A stretch of DNA of 16,667 nucleotides from Octopus sinensis (taxonomy: Eukaryota). Where the stretch lies: positions 1-16,667 of the forward strand of contig NW_021825088.1 of assembly GCF_006345805.1 (NCBI RefSeq), read 5' to 3'. Under the pieces are notes generated by a model, which saw only the letters and a program-made list of their open reading frames with translations, made no database searches and was not told the origin of the DNA. Each line of letters begins with the position of its first letter. Positions within the stretch are counted from its first letter, which is position 1. Positions 11,584-16,667 of the stretch are shown in pieces. Made by a program: the position numbers and the translations under genes.

Positions 11584-11849
11584 TACAGTTGTACACAGTA
11601 CAGTACATTACAGGACATGGAATGCCAGCAGCGACTGCAGCGGCCGCATCGTACTCGAGAAAACAACGCCACCAGCACCACCAACGGCAACAAATTTTCG
11701 CCGTTTCCGTCGGTCGCCAGTAAATGAACAGATTTCCCTGGGGACAGCGCCAGATCTTGTAGCGGTGCATGTTTCCACCAAACACGTAGCTAATCAGAGC
11801 ACCATGCCAGGCTGGCTCTTGCCAACTTTCACTCTTTTGCTTCTTCATT

Positions 11850-12245
11850 TCGTCGCCACCAGCATCATTGCTTTCGTCGTCGCCAACATCGACTTCGCCG
11901 CCATTAATATCAATAAGGTCGCCATCTCTCCGACGCCATCATAACCGACAACATCGTTTTTGCTTTCATCACTAACGTCGCCATCATCATCATCATCATT
12001 ACCATCACTTTCATTTCCACCACCATTATCAGAACCGACGCCATGTTTACTACCGCTGCCGTCACCATCACCGTCCCAACACCACCACCACCCTCATAAG
12101 TGCATCATTGTAGCCACCGCCGTCGCCATTAATATCATCCTCATCAATACCACAACCACCATTTTCAACATTGCGACCACCATCGTCGATGGCATGTCCA
12201 TCATCATCATCATCATCATCACAACCAACAGTTTCACCATCACTA
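11850..12245. repeat. Cryptic degenerate trinucleotide region (ATC/ACC/GCC/GTC units)
   Basis: Strong 3-nt periodicity. The minus-strand Asp/Gly-like phase shifts frame at least twice (~11925 and ~12080) and contains stops. Confidence 0.75.
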
Positions 12246-12782
12246 TCGCTAAAATCCTTTTTCCCTCCATCTTCTTTTCCTTTCGTCCGTCTATACAGGT
12301 TTTTCATTTCGCTTTTATATATATTGTCAATCGTATATTTTATTTAGCTTTTATTAGGTAGTTCCTCCTGCTTCGTCTATCCCCCCCTCTCTCTCTCTCT
12401 CTCTAAACCTCTGTCTTTCTCTGTCTTAGACTCTCGCCGTTGCCCTTTTTCTATTAATAATTCCCCATACTCACCCCAAACACACACCACCACCGCCTCC
12501 CTCTCTCGTAGGTTCAGTAATCCTTACCTTCCCCACTCACTCACCTTACCACATCTATGTTTTCTTCTTGCTTCATCTCCCTCTTTATCACACACATTCT
12601 CCCCCAGTTTCTTTCGTCCATCACTCGATAACCCTTTCTGTTACTCAATCAGCCTCTCTTCCAATCACTCAAGCACTCCTTCTCTCACTCATCCAGTCGT
12701 TCACTCACTCATTAAATCTCACCCACACTCACAAACTCAGTCAATCGCTTGTCCCCGACTTTCTTTCCCTTACGACACTCAC

Positions 12783-12896
12783 CAATCGAATAGCTCTTCC
12801 TGCCACGAAGTTGGCCGCGGAGGGACTGTCGGACGCAAAACGTCCGGCTCGGGCGCCCCGACAGTTTGTCTTCGTCAGAACGGCTTTCGACACAAA
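12783..12896 (-). CDS. Probable internal coding exon (114 nt, symmetric) of an unidentified minus-strand gene
   Basis: Acceptor TTATTCTTCATAATTCAG| at 12897/12896 and donor TTG|GTGAGT at 12783/12782 bracket a GC-rich, non-repetitive island whose length is a multiple of 3. Phase 1 reads CVESRSDEDKLSGRPSRTFCVRQSLRGQLRGRKSYSI; phase 0 (FVSKAVLTKTNCRGARAGRFASDSPSAANFVAGRAIRL) is also open. The protein is not recognised. Confidence 0.55.
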
Positions 12897-12929
12897 CTGA
12901 ATTATGAAGAATAATCTCGACAGAAAGAC

Positions 12930-13087
12930 TAACAGAATCCAGTGTAGATAGAGACAGAGAAGTAGTGATTAAGAGGTAGATAGACAGAAAGACAGACTGA
13001 CAGTGAGAGAGAAAGGGGAAGAGAGTGAGTGGAGTTGACCAAGTGATAGACTAGGAAACCACCAGACAGGTAGACAGAGACAGAGAC

Positions 13088-13130
<43 letters not shown>

Positions 13131-13375
13131 GACAGACAGAGAGACAGAGACAGAGAGAGAGAAAGAGAGAGGTAGATAGAAGAACAAGGTGATCTAAAAG
13201 TAGACACACAGATAAACTGCGCAAGACGAAAAGAGACTAACAGAGAAAGACCAAGCGATAGAGAGAGAGAGAGTGTAACCGAGAGGTAGACAAAGCGACG
13301 AAGAGAGAGAGAGGGGGGAGGAGAAAGAATGAGAGAGAGAAAGGATCAAAGAAACAGTGAAATGGAGACGAAGAA
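12930..13375. repeat. (GA)n/(GACA)n purine-rich tract
   Basis: Direct inspection. Confidence 0.92.
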
Positions 13376-13392
13376 CCAACTTTTTATTGTCT

Positions 13393-13587
13393 TTTCTCTC
13401 TCACCCAATTCCAGTAACACTTCTTTTCCTTCTCCCCTCTTTCCCTTCTCCTCCTTAGCCGCCGCCACCACCTCTTAGCTTTCTCTCTCACCCACTTCCA
13501 GTAACACTTCCTTATCTTAGCCTTTTCCTTCTCCCCTCTCTCTCTCCCTCCTCTTCCTTCTCCTCCTTAGTCGTCACCACCGCCTCC
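13393..13587. repeat. Imperfect local tandem duplication (~13393-13474 and ~13480-13587)
   Basis: Both units contain CTCTCTCACCCA(A/C)TTCCAGTAACACTTC, TTTTCCTTCTCCCCTCT and CTTCTCCTCCTTAG(C/T)CG. Confidence 0.88.
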
Positions 13588-13627
13588 ATTTACATAGGGA
13601 ACTCTATTTAGTGAAGGAAACAGAAAA

Positions 13628-13638
13628 AAGATGGCGGC
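13628..13638 (+). promoter_or_regulatory. YY1/Pho consensus motif AAGATGGCGGC
   Basis: Exact match to the known YY1 core consensus; function untested. Confidence 0.3.
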
Positions 13639-13945
13639 GTTGCCAGCTGTTCTCATTCTACTTCCTGTTCTACACAAATCCTTATCTCTGCTTTGCTCTC
13701 CAGAATCCGTCTTGTTGTCAGCGATGATGTTGTTGCCGTTGTTGTTGTCGTTGTTGCCGTTGTTGATGACGATGATGACGATGATGATGACGATGGTTGT
13801 AGTGGTGGTGTTGGTAGTGGTGATGATGATGATGATAGCAGGGATCGATGACTACGATGGCTATTATTGTAGTGGTGGATGTAGTAGAGATGATGTCAGT
13901 GGTTGTAGTGGCGGCGGGGGCGACGGCGGGGGCGGCGGCGACGGC

Positions 13946-13965
13946 GGGGTAGGGTGGGGTTGGGG
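13946..13965 (+). other. Canonical G-quadruplex-forming motif GGGG-TA-GGG-T-GGGG-TT-GGGG
   Basis: Four G-tracts with loops of 2, 1 and 2 nt; extra G5 tracts at 13916-13920 and 13928-13932. Confidence 0.7.
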
Positions 13966-14130
13966 TAGTAACGTCGTTTGTTATTGTTGACGAACCTTTT
14001 TCTTTCTATTTTTTTTTTTTATCTTTACCCTTCGTTCTACTTTCGCAAGTTCCGTCTCGTTCGGAAGAGATTGGCAGGGTTTCTAATATTACTGAAGTAT
14101 TTTTACACAGCAACTCCGAGTTCATCTCTT

Positions 14131-14310
<180 letters not shown>

Positions 14311-14419
14311 ATTTCAATCTCTCACTCTCTCTCATCGATCGGGTGTGAGGTGGGTGATGACTTCGAGAGAAACAAAAGCAAGATGAAATACAATATAATA
14401 TCAGAAAAAAAAACACACA

Positions 14420-14712
14420 TATATAAATATGTATATATAAATACACACGAACACACACACACACACACACACATATACATATACATATGTGTATACATGT
14501 ATGAATGTATATACTTATGTTTGCATATATATACATATATAAGTATATATATGTATGTGTATATATATATATATATATACATACATATATACATATATAA
14601 GTATATATATGTATGTGTATGTGTATATATATATATATATATACATACACACATACGCATGTAACATATACATACATAGGTATGTATACACATACGTGCA
14701 TACATATACACA
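14420..14712. repeat. (TA)n/(CA)n/(TATG)n low-complexity block
   Basis: Direct inspection. Confidence 0.92.
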
Positions 14713-15088
14713 CTCAGATGCACATACAAAAATAAACATTAAAAAAATCAAAAGCAAGTCATAAAAACAAAAAACACATAAAAAACACCCAACAATGTTT
14801 ATTTTGAAGTAAAAATTGAGTTGGAGAGATTTTTGTTTTATTTTTTGTCGTGTTTTTGTGTGAAATTGATGGCAACTCCTGGCATTGGTGACCAGTTTTA
14901 ATGATTGAGAGTGGTGGGCATGTGGAGTGGAAGTAGGATGGGGTGGTTGAACGATAGGATCTCTTCATTTCCGTCTGGACACTCAGCACAACCCTGACTG
15001 ACACGACCCACACTTATACATACACACAAATATGTGTTTGGATGCATATGTGTGTTGTGAGTGTGGAGTATGTGACTGTGCGTGTATA

Positions 15089-15205
15089 TTATATATATAT
15101 ATATATAATATATATAATATATATATATATAATGATATATATCTATATACATATATATAACATATATATATATACATAGATATATACTATATTTTATATA
15201 TATAC

Positions 15206-15244
<39 letters not shown>

Positions 15245-15259
15245 TTATACATATATATA

Positions 15260-15327
<68 letters not shown>

Positions 15328-15345
15328 TATATATATACATATAAT
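15089..15345. repeat. Long imperfect (TA)n microsatellite
   Basis: Direct inspection. Confidence 0.97.
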
Positions 15346-15616
15346 GTGTGTATATGCAAGCAAGTGTACTTCTGTGTGTGTGTGTGTGTGTGTGTGTATG
15401 CCTGTTAGGTTGATTATAAAACTGGATGAGAGAGAGGAGTAGACAACCGTGTTATGGACTGATTCATTATCTTACGACTGTTTCTGCTATAAGATACCAT
15501 TCACTCGTACTTGAGTGTATGAGTACCACCTTTTAGCTTCATCGGAGCTTCAAACATGAAGTGAATAATGAGTTCGAGCTCCAGGTTATTAGCATCGCAG
15601 TACATACATACGTATC

Positions 15617-15700
15617 GTGACACTCTGTCGGCCCTATCACATACAGGTACAACAGAAACAGGGAGAAAGAGTGAAAGTTGTGGTGGAAGAGTACAGCAGG
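15617..15700 (-). mobile_element. Internal fragment of an OR-like SINE, inverted relative to 15940-16250
   Basis: The reverse complement CCTGCTGTACTCTTCCACCACAACTTTCACTCTTTCTCCCTGTTTCTGTTG aligns with 16084-16131 CCTGCATGTACTCTTTCGCCCAACTTTCTCTCACTCTTTCTTCTGTTG. Confidence 0.8.
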
Positions 15701-15724
15701 ATATATATATGTTATATATATATA

Positions 15725-15868
15725 CCTGTGTATCTTTCTGTTGAAGAGCGTAGGCTCGAAACGTTAAAGACTTGTTTTTTATTATATTTACTGAGCGCCA
15801 TACTAATACAATTGTTGTTTGTTTTCCACCTGCCTTCGTCTTTTGTCTATTTTCATAAAGCTTCCCGT
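15725..15868 (+). mobile_element. (TA)n-embedded short element, candidate solo pseudo-LTR of a Penelope-like retroelement
   Basis: ~145 bp of complex sequence with TA microsatellite on both sides; carries a minimal hammerhead-like motif of the type known from Penelope-like element termini. Confidence 0.55.
15733..15770 (+). ncRNA. Minimal type I hammerhead-ribozyme-like motif with variant core
   Basis: Stem I UCUUU(15733-37)/AAAGA(15766-70); core CUGUUGA (15738-44) plus an extra A; stem II GAGC-GUAG-GCUC (15746-57); GAA (15758-60); palindromic stem III ACGU (15761-64); H17=U15765. Confidence 0.6.
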
Positions 15869-15939
15869 TATATATATATATATATATATACATACAGATA
15901 ATATATATAATATATATATGTGTGTGTGTGGTGTGTGGT

Positions 15940-16245
15940 GGAGGCGCAAATGGCCTAGTGGTTAGGGCAGCGGACTCGCGGTCGTAGGATCGCGGTTCGA
16001 TTCCACAGACGCGAGCGTTGTGAGTGTTTATTGGCGAAAACACCTAAAGCTCCACGAGGCTCCGGCAGGGGATGGTTGCGACCCCTGCATGTACTCTTTC
16101 GCCCAACTTTCTCTCACTCTTTCTTCTGTTGGCCTGCTCGCTTAGCCAGCGGGGTGGCGTCATTTGAAGCCTAAAACAATGCGAAGCGCATTGTGACCGC
16201 GATGTGTAACAACATCTGATGCGCTAGTCGGTCACGGTGGTCACG

Positions 16246-16250
<5 letters not shown>
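15940..16250 (+). mobile_element. Full-length tRNA-derived SINE, similar to octopus OR1/OR2-type SINEs
   Basis: Consensus A-box TGGCCTAGTGG (15951-15961) and B-box GGTTCGATTCC (15994-16004), but a broken anticodon stem. It has a ~240-nt non-tRNA body and a tandem GGTCACGGT x2 3' end running into (AT)n. The family name is from recollection. Confidence 0.9.
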
Positions 16251-16292
<42 letters not shown>

Positions 16293-16328
16293 TGTATATA
16301 TATAACAAATGTTATAAGCTTAAGAGGA

Positions 16329-16410
16329 AGCCTGCACGTGTTCACACACCCAGATAAAATAGCAGCCGAAATCTCTCTCCAATTATTTCTTACCGCTATG
16401 AAAAAGGAAG
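16329..16410 (-). repeat. Unclassified repeat family B, copy 4 (diverged)
   Basis: AGCCTGCACGTG...AAATAGCAGCCGAAATCTCTCTCCAAT...AAAAAGGAA is collinear with 10551-10630. Confidence 0.5.
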
Positions 16411-16667
16411 TGTCTTATTGAATGACACAGGCCTAGATAGACTTGCCTGAAGTTAAATCGATTTGATTACGGCTAGAATGCTTTGGTCTGCTTACCTGGG
16501 GTTGAATAACAACCTTATAAGGAAATAAATGAAAGAGAAAGAAAGAGAAATAATGAGGGTGGAAGAAGGAGGAATGAAAATGAAACGGGTTTGAGAAGGG
16601 TGTAGGGAGAGGATAGGTGAATGAAAAGAAGAAAACGGAATGCGCCGATTGAAGAAAGGGTCTAGGA

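Noticed and set aside
11850-12307. Asp/Gly-rich minus-strand 'acidic protein' and the signal-peptide-like antisense frame
   Set aside because: The periodic frame shifts repeatedly and contains stops; it is best explained as a cryptic trinucleotide repeat.
12794-12906. Plus-strand reading of the exon island ending ...RLSTQTEL* (PDZ-ligand-like)
   Set aside because: The plus-strand acceptor is poor, while the minus strand has both consensus splice sites at the island edges.
13631-13990. ORF MAALPAVLILL... with a good start context
   Set aside because: It runs almost immediately into TTG/ATG/GGC repeats; the hydrophobicity is a repeat artefact.
15940-16012. Apparent tRNA gene
   Set aside because: The anticodon stem pairs at only ~2 of 5 positions, there is no acceptor stem or T-run terminator, and it continues into a SINE body.

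Overview
Eukaryotic, non-coding-dominated window. It is very rich in microsatellites and carries several tRNA-derived SINE families that I recognise from memory as typical of Octopus (coleoid cephalopod); the taxon is an inference, not a database result. Nearly all ORFs in the supplied track are microsatellite translation artefacts. Supportable content: (i) at least 6 copies or fragments of one Pol III SINE family, including a head-to-tail dimer at 627-1018 inside a single 14-bp target-site duplication (TSD) and a monomer at 4887-5100 with a ~17-bp TSD; (ii) two other tRNA-headed SINEs, one OR1/OR2-like at 15940-16250 (plus an inverted fragment at 15617-15700) and one at ~10660-10851; (iii) an unclassified ~80-130 bp repeat present four times; (iv) one probable 114-nt internal coding exon on the minus strand (12896-12783) with consensus splice sites, suggesting much of the window is intronic; (v) a ~145-bp element embedded in (TA)n that folds into a minimal type I hammerhead-ribozyme-like motif of the Penelope-like retroelement kind, with an atypical CUGUUGA core. 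No complete gene, rRNA, functional tRNA or CRISPR array is visible.
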